The notes below the pieces were generated by a model. The model saw nothing but the letters and a program-made list of their open reading frames with translations. It ran no database searches and was not told the origin of the DNA. From Octopus sinensis (lineage: Eukaryota), in contig NC_043012.1 in NCBI RefSeq assembly GCF_006345805.1, positions 16,058,001 through 16,122,000 of the forward strand: a DNA stretch of 64,000 nt, given 5' to 3'. Positions 1 to 13,371 of the stretch are shown here, in pieces. Position 1 is the first letter of the stretch, and the number at the start of each line of letters is the position of its first letter. The translations under genes and the position numbers were made by a program.

Positions 1-496
1 TTATTGAGATCGCCTTAAAGCCTTGAAACTCTACTCTCTCCAGCGTCGCCGTGAGCGGTACATCATTTGTACGATGTGGAGAATATACTGCCAACTTTGC
101 CCAAACGACCTGAACATTAGCCTCAAGGTTCATCCAAGACTGGGACCACGGGCTATACGTCCCCTGCCCAATTCAAGATCACAGCATACATGTACACTAC
201 AACATAATTTCTTTTCCTCAACAGGCCCTGCCCTATTTAACATTGTCCCGAAAGAGATCAAAGAGGAACAGGATCCCATCAACTTTAAACGGAGTCTGGA
301 TAGATTCCTTCAAGGAATACCAGATAAGCCACCCATAATTAGATACAACTCACCCAACAAAAACTCACTACTTGAATGGACCATAAACAAAACTTGACTT
401 AAACAGGATTCAAATAATCCTATCAGGTGGTGCTATTAAGTTAGACATGGCCTGGACCAATCATTGGTCGAAACATATCTAAGTTTATCTAAGTTT

Positions 497-497
<1 letters not shown>
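1..497 (+). mobile_element. 3' end of a CR1-like LINE (ORF2 C-terminus plus 3' UTR and tail)
   Basis: ORF 23-397 has LKLYSLQRRRERY and LDRFLQGIPDKP, homologous to the C-terminus of the LINE at 23072-23509. It ends in a double hairpin plus GAAACA and an (atctaagttt)x2 tail before (TA)n. Confidence 0.85.
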
Positions 498-533
<36 letters not shown>

Positions 534-582
534 ATGTATGTATATATGTAAATATAATATGTGACAATTATTCAGTAGACAT

Positions 583-643
583 GATAAAATTCCGAGTTTC
601 GGATGCCAGGGTGGAAATCCACGCCGGCATCTCTTCAGTTATT
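583..643 (-). ncRNA. Type I hammerhead ribozyme motif, family F (PLE pseudo-LTR fragment)
   Basis: Minus strand reads aataa CTGAAGA gatgcc..gtgg attt ccac..ggcatc c GAAA ctcggaat t ttatc. Helix II GATGCC/GGCATC; one mismatch in helix III. Confidence 0.7.
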
Positions 644-2599
644 CGCCCATCGGAAAAAATGCTATGTATTGATTGGCGTTAAGAATAGAATCAAATTCCA
701 TGGCCGAAGTGCAGTTTGAACTACATCATTCAGAACTAGTTTATCGGTTCTAGTCAGCTCTTCTGTTTTAAATTTCTAAGTGACTCACTTGAGGTAAATC
801 CACTTCAATACGGACATGCTGCTTCCACACATTCCTAAAAGAAGTTTTGTAGATCAAATTTATTGATGAAAATGATGGATTAAAGAAGGTGGCTTTAGAG
901 ATGTAATAACGTTATTTCGATCGTTTTGTTGTAATTGACACAAGAAGTATACTTCGTTTACATTTCCTACTTACAGAGGTACTATTGATATAGGCACATC
1001 AAACTGGAAGGAAAGCAGATATATATCACCATTAAAAAAAATATTTGTAGAAAAAGAATATTGTCTTATTAGCTTTCCATCTAGATAAATATTTATGTAT
1101 CGCTGTTACACAGATTTTGCTTATATCATGCCTAATTTAAGGATAAAAACAAGTTTACGAAATAACTGCAATTTCGAAAATTTTTATTATAAAAGCTTAA
1201 AGAAAAATTTGATTGTGTGCAACCTAAAATACTTTCTCCCCCTCTTTCTTTCTCTACAGCGAGAAAAATAAATATTGTAATATTTTTGATAGCCTTAAAT
1301 GGAAACAGAAATTTTGTCGAAAGCACAAGTGGACAGTAATGATAAACTGATCGGCTTTCGATGTTATAAACATCAAATTCTTCAAATTTAATAAATGAAA
1401 ATCGTTTTCCTTCAGCAGTTCACACTCTCTAGTTCTATGGATCGTGAGTCGATTTTTACAATAATGAAAGAAGATAAACATGGGAAAACGTCAATTGAAT
1501 AACCAAATGGAATTCGAAACACAAAATGAATAATTGAGGTAGATACAAGTTAATTTAACGGGCAAAGTTTTCGATTGGTAATTCGTGACTAAAATGAGAA
1601 AGGTGAATGATATGAATAAAGTTACGAAGGCTCAATAATACTAGCACTGGGAATATTAATACAATTGCTTAAATATCTCTGAACATCGTATTGTTGATGA
1701 ATTGATAATACAAGAAAACACAGAATAAATATCCGACGCCATGATGAAAGGAAAATGCGGGTTATTAATAAAAAAAATGAAAGAACTCTCTAAATTATGA
1801 TTAAATATATAAAGCGGAAATAAATATCGGATTGGAAACGCTGTTGCTTTAGGAGTGACACAGAAGATTTAATTAGGGATAAATTATCACTAACTGACGT
1901 CTGCATATGATGGAACGACAGTGACAAATATTACACTCTGAACAAAAGTACTTCCAAGAACTAATCTGATTGATGCAAAAGCACCTGACACAACTTATCA
2001 TCAGGATTGGAACAGTGAAATTTGTAGTCAATATAAGAAAAGAAAAATGTTTTCAGCATATACTGCAAAAGTTATACCAAAATGGTTTTAAAATGTTGTT
2101 TAAAATTCATTTGCTAAAATATCAAATTTCGGAACGATGAAATGAAATAGATAATGTACTTTCACCAATTTCTACCAACATTAAATTAATAAAAAAAAAT
2201 TATATAGAAAATAGAAGTCAACTTGAAATATATAATGTTAAACAATAAAGGTAAATGCAACGACAGAACACTAACATGAGACAAATCAAAATGAATGTGA
2301 TCGAACTCGAACGAGACATGTCATATCAACACAGCACAATATATAGCGAAATGTTTATATTCTTTTGTTGCTTAATAAACGCTTCAAGATTGTGGGAATA
2401 ATGGTACTATCACACCAGAAACCTAATTCTATTGCTCCGCTAGAGATAAGTTGTAATGTTAAACCGGGAAAAGGGACTTATACACAGTCAAGAGATGAAC
2501 AAATATATTCTGCAAAAGCACGCCTTAACGATTCCACCATTCCAGTGTAGTAGACCTATTTGATTTATCATTCCAGGTGAATAATATATATATATATTA

Positions 2600-2716
2600 T
2601 GTTGTGTCTGGGGAGAGTAATTTTTTTTGTGCCTTATAATTTAACAAACTCACCGGTAAACTTTCCACCTCTTATTTTTATTTTCCTAAAATTTTCGTTG
2701 CGTGTTGCAACCTTTT
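2600..2716 (-). mobile_element. Truncated copy of the HHR-bearing repeat at 28550-28710
   Basis: Reverse complement matches 28591-28690 (aaaaggttgcaa..gcaacgaaaa..ttagga...ttaaattataaggcac). It breaks inside the hammerhead core. Confidence 0.65.
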
Positions 2717-3219
2717 GTATTAAACACTTGTATTTCTTCTGTTCGTCCGGGCTGACCTGTCCCATTTCGCTGGTGACACCAGTCACAGACGCAAAGTTAA
2801 CTCTGTTATTACTATTTTGCGGGTTCGTTTCCTTTTGCCTTTCTTCTAAGGATATATCATCCCTTTACCTCGTTTCGCCACTTGGGAGGGCGGGAAACAT
2901 TTTCTAATATAGTCCGTCTAAAAGGATTGCCTGCATCTCGTTTTCCAGTTTGGTATCCATGTGTAAAAATTTTACACAAAAAGAGAAAAAATAAAATAAT
3001 TCGCCCCTTAACGGGGAATTAAAAAGACGCAGAAAACAGTAAAAGGTTGTAACAAATCAACAATTGGTAACAATTAAAATAACAAAGTAGTTCAATGAGG
3101 CAAAATTACACCCACTTTAAAAGCAGTAAAAAGAAGAAAAAGCGTATCATCCCTTCCATTTTACACTTCATAGTCAGTTATGACACTTTTGCATAATATC
3201 AGTGGTATATATATTATAC

Positions 3220-3271
<52 letters not shown>

Positions 3272-4573
3272 ATACATGTATAATGTATGTAGATGGGCGT
3301 GTATATGTATTTCTGTCTGTATGTGTGTGCATGTACTTCTGTGTGTCTGTGTGTACTGTCCAGGACTATTCTGCTGGTTCGCATCCACACTAATAAATGC
3401 CACCAGTGTAACCTCTGTGATAGTCTATTCTTGACTAGGTCAACCGTAATTTTCAATAAAATATGAACAAACCAGTGACTAAAATGGTGGACACTTCTGG
3501 CTAAACGTCATTAGAGACACATGCTTAGGAAAAATGCAACTAAACATACTAGAATAGAAATAATGAATTATATTTATTCTTTCTCTTCGAAGGTGTATAT
3601 CATGTAAGTTTCATTTAAAGGAAAGCACTTTCTTTCATTTCACAATATGCGTTTGCAATTTTATGCCTTATAAGAAAGATGTTGGAGTAAAACAAATATT
3701 TTTAGTATCGTACAAAATGATTCAAAAACACGAAAAATGCACGATTTTGGTTTTCTTTAAGTATCATTCTGCACTTCAAATTATTTTCAGCTGTAAATTG
3801 ATTATTTTCTCTTTTCTTTTCCTAGTTTAATTAGATAATAGAAAACCGAGTAAATAAATATTTAAATGTCAGAATTTTAAAATTTATGCAATATGAAGTA
3901 CTGTCTCGGCATTTCTCAAAAACTTCACGGTTACCACCATGGGGTTCATCTAATTCCTCAGTGTACTAATCAACGTCAGTCTGGAATGTAGTTCCAAAAT
4001 TATAACCAGTAAATCGAAACATCTATATCCACTTTAATGTTGACTGTTATGCCGTTTCTAATCTAATTCATTGGTTTGATAACCAGAGTTTTCAATGGTA
4101 GAACAGAAATAATAATTGCTATTCTCCAGTAACCTCGTTGAGATTTCTCTCTGTTTTGTTCTTCTGTGATATTTTCCAATTTTCCTTCGTAGTTATACTT
4201 CACTTTTTAATCAATCAATCAATGGAAAGTTTTCCATATTATTTTTTCTCTATGATTTACAGTCGTTCAGTCAATAACTTTTTATTGCCAATTCTCATAC
4301 TTATGTAACTTTTCAGTTTTGTGATAATACCGTTGGCACCTTGAACCCATGCTGATAATAGTGAACATTTTAATGGAAACATATCCAGCTGCTTATTCAT
4401 GCATATTCAAAGAATTTGTCTATGAGTATCGCGGAGAAGCGCTGTGAATAGGGTTTCTTCAATTCTTTGTATTTAATATGTGACTATGATATTTCTCGTT
4501 GTTGAAATTCTTTCTCGTTGTGATACAGACAGCGTGTGAGTATAAGATAATCTGCTATATAGATTAAATTAAC

Positions 4574-4897
4574 TTTCTTTTATTGTTTTATTTGTTTCAG
4601 TCATTTGACTGCGGCCATGCTGGAGCAGCGCCTTTAGTCAAACAAATCGACCATAGGACTTATTCTTTGTAAGCCTAGTACTTATTCTATCGGTTCTTTT
4701 ACCGAATCGTTAAGTTACGGGGACTTAAACACACCGACATCTGTTGTCAAGCGCTGGTGGGAGGACAAACACAGACATACAAACATGCATATATATATAT
4801 AGATATAAATACGACAGGTTTCTTTCAGTTTTCGTCTACCAAATCCACTCACAAGGATTTGGTCGACCCCAGGCTATAGTAAGACGCATTCTCAAGG
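4574..4897 (-). mobile_element. tRNA-derived SINE type A (CORE-like body, internal microsatellite, CR1-like tail), 5'-truncated
   Basis: Matches 39325-39685 and 24090-24317. Tail ccagcatggccgcagtcaaatgactgaaaca on the minus strand. Confidence 0.85.
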
Positions 4898-5423
4898 AGT
4901 TAAAAGAATTTAAGTTGTAGAATGTCATTATAGGCACAGTTTTTGCATTCGCATTCAGACTTTTTTCGTGAAAACTTAGGTCAAGTGAGTGAGGAACATG
5001 GTGAGAGAGTCCATCAGGATATTACTACAATGAAGAAAAGATATCAAGGAAGATAGGGCACTGCAATGATGGGGGATTATATATGGTCATTGGTGCGTAC
5101 AGATATAGGATCACAGTAGGAGAGCACGATATTCGATGCATTTCTAGTAAAATCTTATAATTTCATCATAGTTTTGCTTACATTTCTCAGTTTAAAAATT
5201 AATATGGGGATAAAATATTTTTAGTTTGTATTAATGTACACAGTGAATAAGTTGAATAAAGTACTATCGCAGATAAATTTTGTTCCTATTCTCTAGAAAA
5301 CCGCAATTATCTCCAAAAATATCGATACTATGCAATTTTCAAGGGTAGTTTTGAAATCAGGAGAAAACATTACTTTAGTTATATTAAAAAACATTTGAGA
5401 TGCAAAACTTGTGTTACCCTGTG
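4897..5423 (+). mobile_element. Chapaev3-like (CMC) DNA transposon 3' remnant
   Basis: Degenerate reading LHSHSDFFRENLGQVSEEHGERVHQDITTMKKRYQGR*GTAMMGDYIWSL. The end reads CACAGGGTAACA on the minus strand (CAC-type terminus). Family assignment is from motif recall. Confidence 0.65.
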
Positions 5424-5775
5424 CTCTAAGAAAGCCAATGACATGATTTCACACTCATGGATAAGTGAATGCTTGAGAATATTCATTATTACAGTCAATT
5501 AACACACTAACACAGTCAGTTAGCTATAACATGAAGGAATGGACATTAGATCTTTACTCAAACGATAGAGAATTACGGGAAGTTAATATCAAGAGAGGTA
5601 TTTTGCAGGGCAACTCGTTATCTCCTATAATATTTATCTTATACTTAAACCCACCTCAGTTTAGTATTAAGAAAAGCAAAGCAGGATATCAGTTGAGAGA
5701 TAATAGAGGAAAAAATAACTATTTGCTCTACATGGATGATATCAGGCTTTTTAGTAAGAATAAAAGTGATAGATT
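5424..5775 (+). pseudogene. Non-LTR RT fragment (R4/Dong-like)
   Basis: ORF 5531-5824 contains NIKRGILQGNSLSP and LLYMDDIRLF. Confidence 0.7.
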
Positions 5776-6109
5776 ACTTTATACAAAATCTTTGTCACTT
5801 CATAGTTTAGTATTTAATGTATAGCTTTGTTCTTTTGTATGGATTTCAGTTTATTGTGTTTAGTTTCGTAGTTCTATTTTGCTATCAGGCTGGTTATTTC
5901 CGTTGCAATCAAATTGATTATTTCCTTGTGGGATCTGTTTCCAGGATGTGACAAAAATTATCAACAGGCAGGCCAAAGTGTTATAACGTTTTGCGATATT
6001 ATGCTTTCAATTCAAATTCTACCAAGGTCAACTTACCACTTAATTTCTTCTTCTTCCAATCAGGACTCACGCCATTAGCCACAAAGAATAATCTCTAATT
6101 CGAGCCTAC

Positions 6110-6536
6110 TCTAAGCTACTAAGAATGCGTGCGGCAACTTGAAGATCTACCCACCACACGCGATAGACTGGCGGTTGTACGGGCGCGAAAGCTACGTTGT
6201 TATCCTCATTCCGTAAACGGTGGCTTTTAACAGGTGGAGAGCTGAACCATCTTGGGGTACAGAGGATTCGCAATCTAGACTGGGGTCTGAAGATTTTACC
6301 ACACCATAGTGGGTTACACCATAGTTCCTCTGTTTTGTGGCAGAAGTAGGAAGAAAGAGTGAGAGAAAGCTGTGATGAAAGAGTACAGCGGGGTTCAACA
6401 CCTCTCCCCACCGGAGCCTCGTGGAGCTTAGGTGTTTTTGCTCAATAAACACTCACAATACCCGGTCTGGGAATCAAAACCGCGTTCTTACGACCGCTAG
6501 TCCGCTACCCTAAACACTGGGCAGTTGCGCCTCCAC
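6110..6536 (-). mobile_element. tRNA-derived SINE type B, tail variant 1
   Basis: Head and body 6351-6536 match 7948-8132 and 46560-46745; tRNA-like head with A/B-box-like motifs. Sequence below 6351 differs from the other copies. Confidence 0.75.
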
Positions 6537-7574
6537 TGCAGCTGTAGTTGTAGTATTTGTCTGCGAGCTGGCAGATTTTACGGCATTTGTTCTAATTCAG
6601 AGGCCTTTAATTTGGTCGGATAACACACCTCACTATTTTCTCTGGCTCTTTACTTCCTGACTTCAAATATTATCGAGATCAAGTTAGCATTTCATCTCAC
6701 CGGGATCGATACAATAAAACCAAGTATTGGAATTGATGGTATCGACTATTTCTTCTCTTCAGAATTACCGGCCTTCTGCCAAAATCAGAGATCATTATTA
6801 AGGGGATTGATATATTGTGCAACTTTTGGATACAACATCTGGATACAACTAAAGGGTACATGTTTTGTATAATCACTCACGTCTGTTGTCTTTCTCTCTG
6901 TTGGAATTTTGGAGTCAAGAACGCTCACTATCATATTCGGTTACGAGGTTGCAAGACGAATGAATAATACCACTATCAACTTCATTAGAGTAAATTACTC
7001 CCAATTCCCTTTGTTCTAATAAGACGGCTACTCAGAGTGGCTGTAAAAAGCATTGTCTGCACGAAAACGACAACAGCAGCAATATAAAAACAATAATAGC
7101 ATTGATAACATGAACGGAAGTAATAGTAAGGGCAATGTTTAACAACAAGGATGCCACCACAAGCATCAGTGGTACTAGCAGTAATAACAACAACAACAAC
7201 AAAAACTGCGAAAGAAACTAGAATGACAGCAGCATCAGTGACAGCAGTAATACCAACAACAACAACACCAATAGTAACAATAACAATTTTTTTAAATCAC
7301 AGAAATTAACCATCTCCTCAATGATATAGAAGTGGGTGTTACGGTTGAGGGCAAAAAGCTGAGATACCTCCTGTGTGGTGTTGAAAACCACATAGAGTCT
7401 CTCTATCCTTTAGCAGAAAACGGGGAGACCGAAACGGCGGCCAACACTATAGTCACAATAGCAAGAGCAGCATACAGCAGTAATAACAACAACAACAGCA
7501 GGGAAGAAACCGAGAACATCGGCAAAAACATCTGAGCTATGATACAAACAGTTGCAGTTGCAGTAATTTTTACG

Positions 7575-8284
7575 TGTTTCAGTTATTAGACTGGCCAAGC
7601 TAGAGCGCCACCTTCAAGAGATTTTAGTCGGATGAATCGATTGCAGAACATTATTTTTAAAGCCAGGGACTTATTCTATCGATATCTTTTGCTGAAATGC
7701 TAGGTTACGAGAATGTAAAAACAACTACACCGGTTATCAAACGGTGGTGGAGGACAAACACACACACACATATACATACATATATATACATATATATGTA
7801 TGTGTATATATACATATATATATATATATATCACCGTGACCGACCAGGCTATCTGATGTTGCTACATATCGCTGGTCACAATGCGCTTCGCATTGTTTTA
7901 GCCTTCAAATGACTCCACCCCGCTGATTAAGCGAGCAGGACAACAGAAGAAAGAGTGAGAGAAAGTTCGAGCGAAAGAGTACAGCAGGGTTCACCACCAC
8001 CCCCTGCAGGAGTCTCGTGGTGCTTTAGGTGTTTTCGCTCAATAAACACTCACAACACCCGGTCTGGGAATCGAAACCGCGATCGTACGACCGCGAGTCC
8101 GCTGCCCTAACCGCTGGGCCATTGCGCCTCCACACACACACATATATATATATAGATATATGTAGAGAGAGAGAGAGAGAGAGTGTGTGTGAGAGAGAGA
8201 GAGAGTGATAGAGAGAGTAAGTGAGAGAGAGAGAGAGAGTGAGAGAGAGTGTGTGAGAGAGAGAGAGAGTGTGTGAGAGAGTAA

Positions 8285-8326
<42 letters not shown>

Positions 8327-8430
8327 CACGTCGATCTTCTTTCAGGTTTCGCCTACGAAATCCACTCACAAAACTATGGTTGGACTGAATCTGGAAACAT
8401 GTGTTTGGAAAGCAAGTTTCTTACAGCCAT
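7575..8430 (-). mobile_element. SINE type A split by a nested SINE type B
   Basis: 3' half at 7575-7765 and 5' part (aaatccactcacaa) at 8325-8430, separated by microsatellite and the type B SINE. Confidence 0.65.
7832..8132 (-). mobile_element. tRNA-derived SINE type B, tail variant 2
   Basis: Minus strand begins gtggaggcgcaatggcccagcggttagggcagcggactcgcggtcg..ggtttcgattccc. The tail ends ..gcctggtcggtcacggtga. Confidence 0.85.
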
Positions 8431-8470
8431 TTCTGTATCTATGCTTAACTTATCTTTACACTTTATCTTG

Positions 8471-8770
8471 TGAAGGCGCGCGGCTTAGTGGTTAGGGCAT
8501 TCGGCTCCCGATTGTAAGGTCGTGAGTTCGATTCCTTGCGACGCGTTGTGTCCTTGAGCAAGACAGTTTATTTCACGTTGCTCCAGTCCACTCAGCTGGC
8601 AAAAATGAGTTGTACTTGTATTTCAAAGGGGCCAGCCTTGTCACACTCTGTGTCACGCTGAATTTCCCTGAGAACTACGTTAGGGGTACATGTATCTGTG
8701 AATTGCTCAGTCACTTGCACCTTAATTTCACGAGCAGGCTGTTCCGTTGAACGTATGAGCTGGGACGCTC
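8471..8770 (+). mobile_element. tRNA-derived SINE type C with CORE-like domain
   Basis: A box ggcttagtggttagg and B box gagttcgattcc, then tgtgtccttgagcaagaca..ctccagtccactcagctg..aaaatgagt, which resembles the CORE domain. Confidence 0.75.
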
Positions 8771-9185
8771 TGCACCATTACTTAACGTAACTTTACACCC
8801 TTACTTCATCTGCCGAATTGGGCCTTTCGGTACGTCCATTTATATTTACTAAAATAAGGTTTAGTCATGTAAATTCAATTACTGATATGTTCGCACATAA
8901 AAATTACTTGCTGTGACTAATAATTAAAGTACATAAGTAATCTTTGTTTTTCAGTTTGCGTAAGGGCACTTTTAATATTTTCCACCCCTATTTCTAACCC
9001 CCTATAATTACTACAGTGCATTTGTAAGTTTGTGTATATGCATGTGTGGGCGTTTTTGTGTTGTTACTATTTTATTATGGTTTGTAATTTATTGTATATT
9101 TTTAGATACTGTATTCTACTTATTTTTATTAGTTTACAAATTTTTGGCTTTTACTAAAATATATTTAAATATATTATTACTATTA

Positions 9186-9226
<41 letters not shown>

Positions 9227-9805
9227 GTCGAAGTTATTGACATACGGATCCTATCATCCTGAGATGAACGATAGTATTAAGTATTGCATTTTATTTTAAG
9301 TCCAAGATATACACAAAGACTCGATTCTTTGCAAACTGTAAGAATCTATTCTTATTCAGTTATTGATTCCATTTAGAATGCACTCTAGGCGAAATCTCGA
9401 TATACCATTTTCCATTTTCCCCAATTTACATAAGGATATTGACAATATGATTCAAAAGCTAGTAAAAAAAAATCCCACATGTAGTCAGTTGTACACGAAG
9501 AAAAATAATCCCAATCATAAGAAACACGACTTTGTAATCTAAAAAAGCATATAACCACTATAGCTTGCAATAAAAACAACCTGTCATAAATCAAAAACTG
9601 TCAATCATAAAAAGTCTATGCGTACATTTACAACCAATGTAATGGCATAGTGATATTTGAACTCAGCATTTACCCTTCACAATGTTCTCATTTCCTTTTT
9701 AATTATTTAAATTGTGACGACATCGTGAGAGTGGTGGGAGGGGGGAAGCATATACCTCCGTCTAATCTGTTTTACGTGATTTAATCAAGTTTGTGTATAT
9801 TAATT

Positions 9806-10166
9806 TCTTTACTACCCAATTATATTGACCCCAGTGCGTAACTGGTACTTTATTTATCGACCTCCGAAAGGATGAAAGGCAAAGTCGACCTCGGCGGAAT
9901 TTGAACTCAGAACGTAACGACAGACGAAATACCTATTTCTTTACTACCCACAAGGGGCTAAACACAGAGGGAACAAACAATGATAGACGAAGGGATTAAG
10001 CCGATTACATCTACCCCCAGTGCATAACTGGTACTTAATTTATCGACCCCGAAAGGATGAAAGGCAAACTCGACCTGGGCGGAATTTGAACTCGGAACGT
10101 AACGACATACGAAATACGGCTACGCATTTCGCCCGGCGCGCTAACGTTTCTGCCAGCTCGCCGCCG
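9806..10166 (-). mobile_element. tRNA-derived SINE type D (Meta-domain-like), full copy plus tandem partial duplication
   Basis: Minus strand reads ggcggcgagctggcagaaacgttagc..gagttcaaattcc..gcctttcatcctttcggggtcgataaa..gtaccag. Near-identical to 15095-15319 and 19587-19817. Confidence 0.85.
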
Positions 10167-12306
10167 CATTTGTGAATATTCTGAGTTTGAATCTCTCACC
10201 AATTAGTTCGCTTTTCAGCTAGAATAAGATATAGATCATTGATGTACCAGGTTCCATTCAAAATTTATTTATTTTAGCTGGTAAGATATTATTTTGATGC
10301 CAATAAAATAAGTACTGTTATACTGCCCTACACATCCTTTACACCTCCAAATCCTTTATCTTCTATCTTTTTGCTTCTCAATCTTTTGGGATTAAAGTGT
10401 AGTTTTCTGTTTGACAAATGTTTCTGATTTAGGAACAAGACCAGCACATTTTATAGGTTCGAGCTTTGTCGATATCATTGTCCTCAGTACTTGACAGTTT
10501 ATTTTGTCGACCTTAGAGAGATGAAAATCAAATTTAACCTCAGTGCGATGTGAACTCAGATCGTAGCAGTTAGTGCAAAGCATTGTTCCCGACACTAACG
10601 AATCTATCAGCTCGTTCTTTTCCTTTGCCTAATAATGTTTCCTAATTTAGGCATAAGTCTAGCAAATTTGAGACGAGGTGGTAAGTTGGTACCATCGAGT
10701 CCGCTATTTGGCTGATACTATATTTTATTGATTGCGGGAGCGTTAAAGACGAAGCTTGATTAGCCAGGATTAGAACTCAGAACATAGAGTCAGAAGAAAT
10801 ACAACGCTTCTCTTCAAACGACGTAAAGATTCGACCGGTTTGCTGTCTTCTGCTTAAAAATACTCCCCGATTTAGGATCAAGGCCAGGTTGGTATATAGA
10901 TTTATAAATAATGATCTTTCATATTTACGTATTTATAATAGAGTCTTTTTAATATCAAATATGACAATTGTTCAACACCTCACCAAATTCCTATACTGAG
11001 TGATGGCAGGAAATTTAATATACGAAATTAGCAGCTGATTCTACTACGATGTATATATATATATAAAATTTTAGCGAAGCAATTCTCGACTACCACAACT
11101 TTTGTATGGTCATCTTTTACAGCTGCATTTCTGGTTTTTATTGTTGTTGTTGCTGTTGTTCTGGTTGCCCATAATTTCCTATCACGGCTGTCATATCAGT
11201 TGTATTACTATTTTGAGATAGGAAGAAGGAGCACCGATTCAAGAACAAAATAAATTGAAAGAACAAAATTGAAGATATCACTTTCAACACCTAATGATGG
11301 TGAAATTTCTTGCATGCATAACATCTAAATCTGTTATGTATGGAGAGGTGGTATACAGGGGTTGTGTCAAGTATAAACACAGCGGTTAGATGTTTAGTGT
11401 GATTATAACAACACTCGAACTTATATATGCCGTTTTGTCGCATATGTCATAGTGATGGATGAAAGGCAGGAAATTCTTATTTCGGTGCTAACCTCATTCA
11501 AACTTTCAATATAGCTTATTTAGTGTTAAAAGTGGGAATGAAATAAGGAAAAAATATAACTGTAGCGTGTTAGACTTCTGAGAACTATTTACATACCTTG
11601 TGTGAACTTTATATAACAGAAAACAAATGTAGACTCTTCAGAAATGAAAGCTGACGGCTACGAGTCAGGAAATACAATTTTTATCTAAATTACCTAAAAT
11701 TCTGAAAATGTGTCTCGGTCAGATGGACTTGCGAGAAATGTTTTAAATATATGGTAATATCCAACAGAACTGGAATTTATTGTAACAAGTTTTTGTTTTA
11801 TATACTGAACCTCAGCAGCAGACATATGTAATTCAGGTATTCACAATCTCTAAGTAGACAGGTTAACTTTCAGAGAATGACATACTACTAAAATATTGTT
11901 TGAGACATCTTCCAAATTAAGTTAAGTGGGGTATAAATATCATGAGAAAATAAGAAGAAAGCCTTATAATTTCTTGTGAGTTGTCTGGTGGACACGGCTC
12001 AATGATCTAACGACATTCTCATAATAAATCTTCAACAAATACTTCACTCGATACTTGGTGTAGAAGCTGATGCAAAGTCACCACCACTACCTGGGCACTC
12101 GACCAAGTGAAATACTGACCATACTTCCGGTAGTTGATATCACTTTATTTTGAACTTGCACTGTACCGTAAATCCTCGAGTATGAATCTAACATTCTCAT
12201 CACCCACTGATTGAACGATTTTCATATGCCTCCGATGAATACTTCAGTAAATTTGAGTTTTGCAATGTATTTACATTAAGTATGATATACAGCAGATATG
12301 TGTGTT

Positions 12307-12377
<71 letters not shown>

Positions 12378-12404
12378 TATATATAGATATATATATATTT
12401 CATC

Positions 12405-12961
12405 ATATCAAAGGAAATGGAAATTAATTAAAATGTTCACTTCCGGTGACCTAACGTGTAAGAATTTAGTCCAAAAGACTATGTATTAGTCATAAAATAC
12501 AGTGTACATTTAAACACATGGGGTATCCACTCGTGAGATTCAGCACGCTAGAAAGAACAGCTAGGTTCTATAACCACAAAATTAGGGATAAAATTCGACA
12601 GGAACGAAATGAAAAAATAAATACCTTTTACCATCTAGTTTCCTGTACCAATTGGTTTCTGGTTTTAGTTTAGCAAGTAATTCAATAGCATATACTCGCT
12701 AGGTGAAATCGTCTTCAGCAGGAACACCTAGGGTTAAATATATAAACACGAAGCGATCAAACTATGTGCCTCTTATTTATACATCCTATTTTTTTCAAAA
12801 TCTACTGCGCAGACGCAGCCCTTCGCCAGTAATAAAAAAATGCCAACTTTTAAAAACCGAAAATTATCCAAAAACTTACAATACTTAATTATATCAAAGG
12901 GAAATGGAAATTAATTAAAATTTTCACTTCTAGTGGCCTAACGTGTACGAATTTAGTCCAA
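12405..12961 (-). mobile_element. Non-coding HHR unit with ~70 bp terminal direct repeat (retrozyme-like or PLE pseudo-LTR)
   Basis: Direct repeats at 12405-12474 and 12891-12961 with an internal HHR. A partial second copy lies at 32272-32447. Confidence 0.7.
12640..12724 (-). ncRNA. Type I hammerhead ribozyme motif
   Basis: ttcctg CTGAAGA [long imperfect helix II incl. tagcgagta/tacttgcta] a GAAA ccaattggt A caggaa. Helix I 6 bp perfect, palindromic helix III, GUA site. Confidence 0.75.
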
Positions 12962-13026
12962 TTTACCCTGTTCTCGTTCTGTTAACGGATAGGCGTTCAG
13001 GCGAGTATACTGGCATTGTGTAGGGA

Positions 13027-13099
13027 AATGCAGCTGATGAAGACTGATCAAATTTACGTAGTCAAACGTATTTAAAGAGTCAGAAACCGGTCCTGCATT
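13027..13099 (+). ncRNA. Type I hammerhead ribozyme motif
   Basis: aatgcag CTGATGA a gact..agtc a GAAA ccggt C ctgcatt. Helix I 7 bp, palindromic ACCGGT helix III, GUC site. Confidence 0.8.
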
Positions 13100-13371
13100 A
13101 TCCGATTTTAGGTTGTCCATTTATCGAATGTTCTTCCTAGAGTTAAGACAAATTTTTCATGTTTGTTGCACACACATGTCTTTGCTAGTAAATACGCTGT
13201 GAAGCAATACAATAGCGTCGTATTTGTATCCATTACTATTTTCCAGTAAATATTGGTGCCTTGTTGTACCACTTATCTATTTTTATATGTATACATACAT
13301 ACATACATACATACATACATACATACATACATACACATATATATATGTATATATATATGTATATAAGTATA

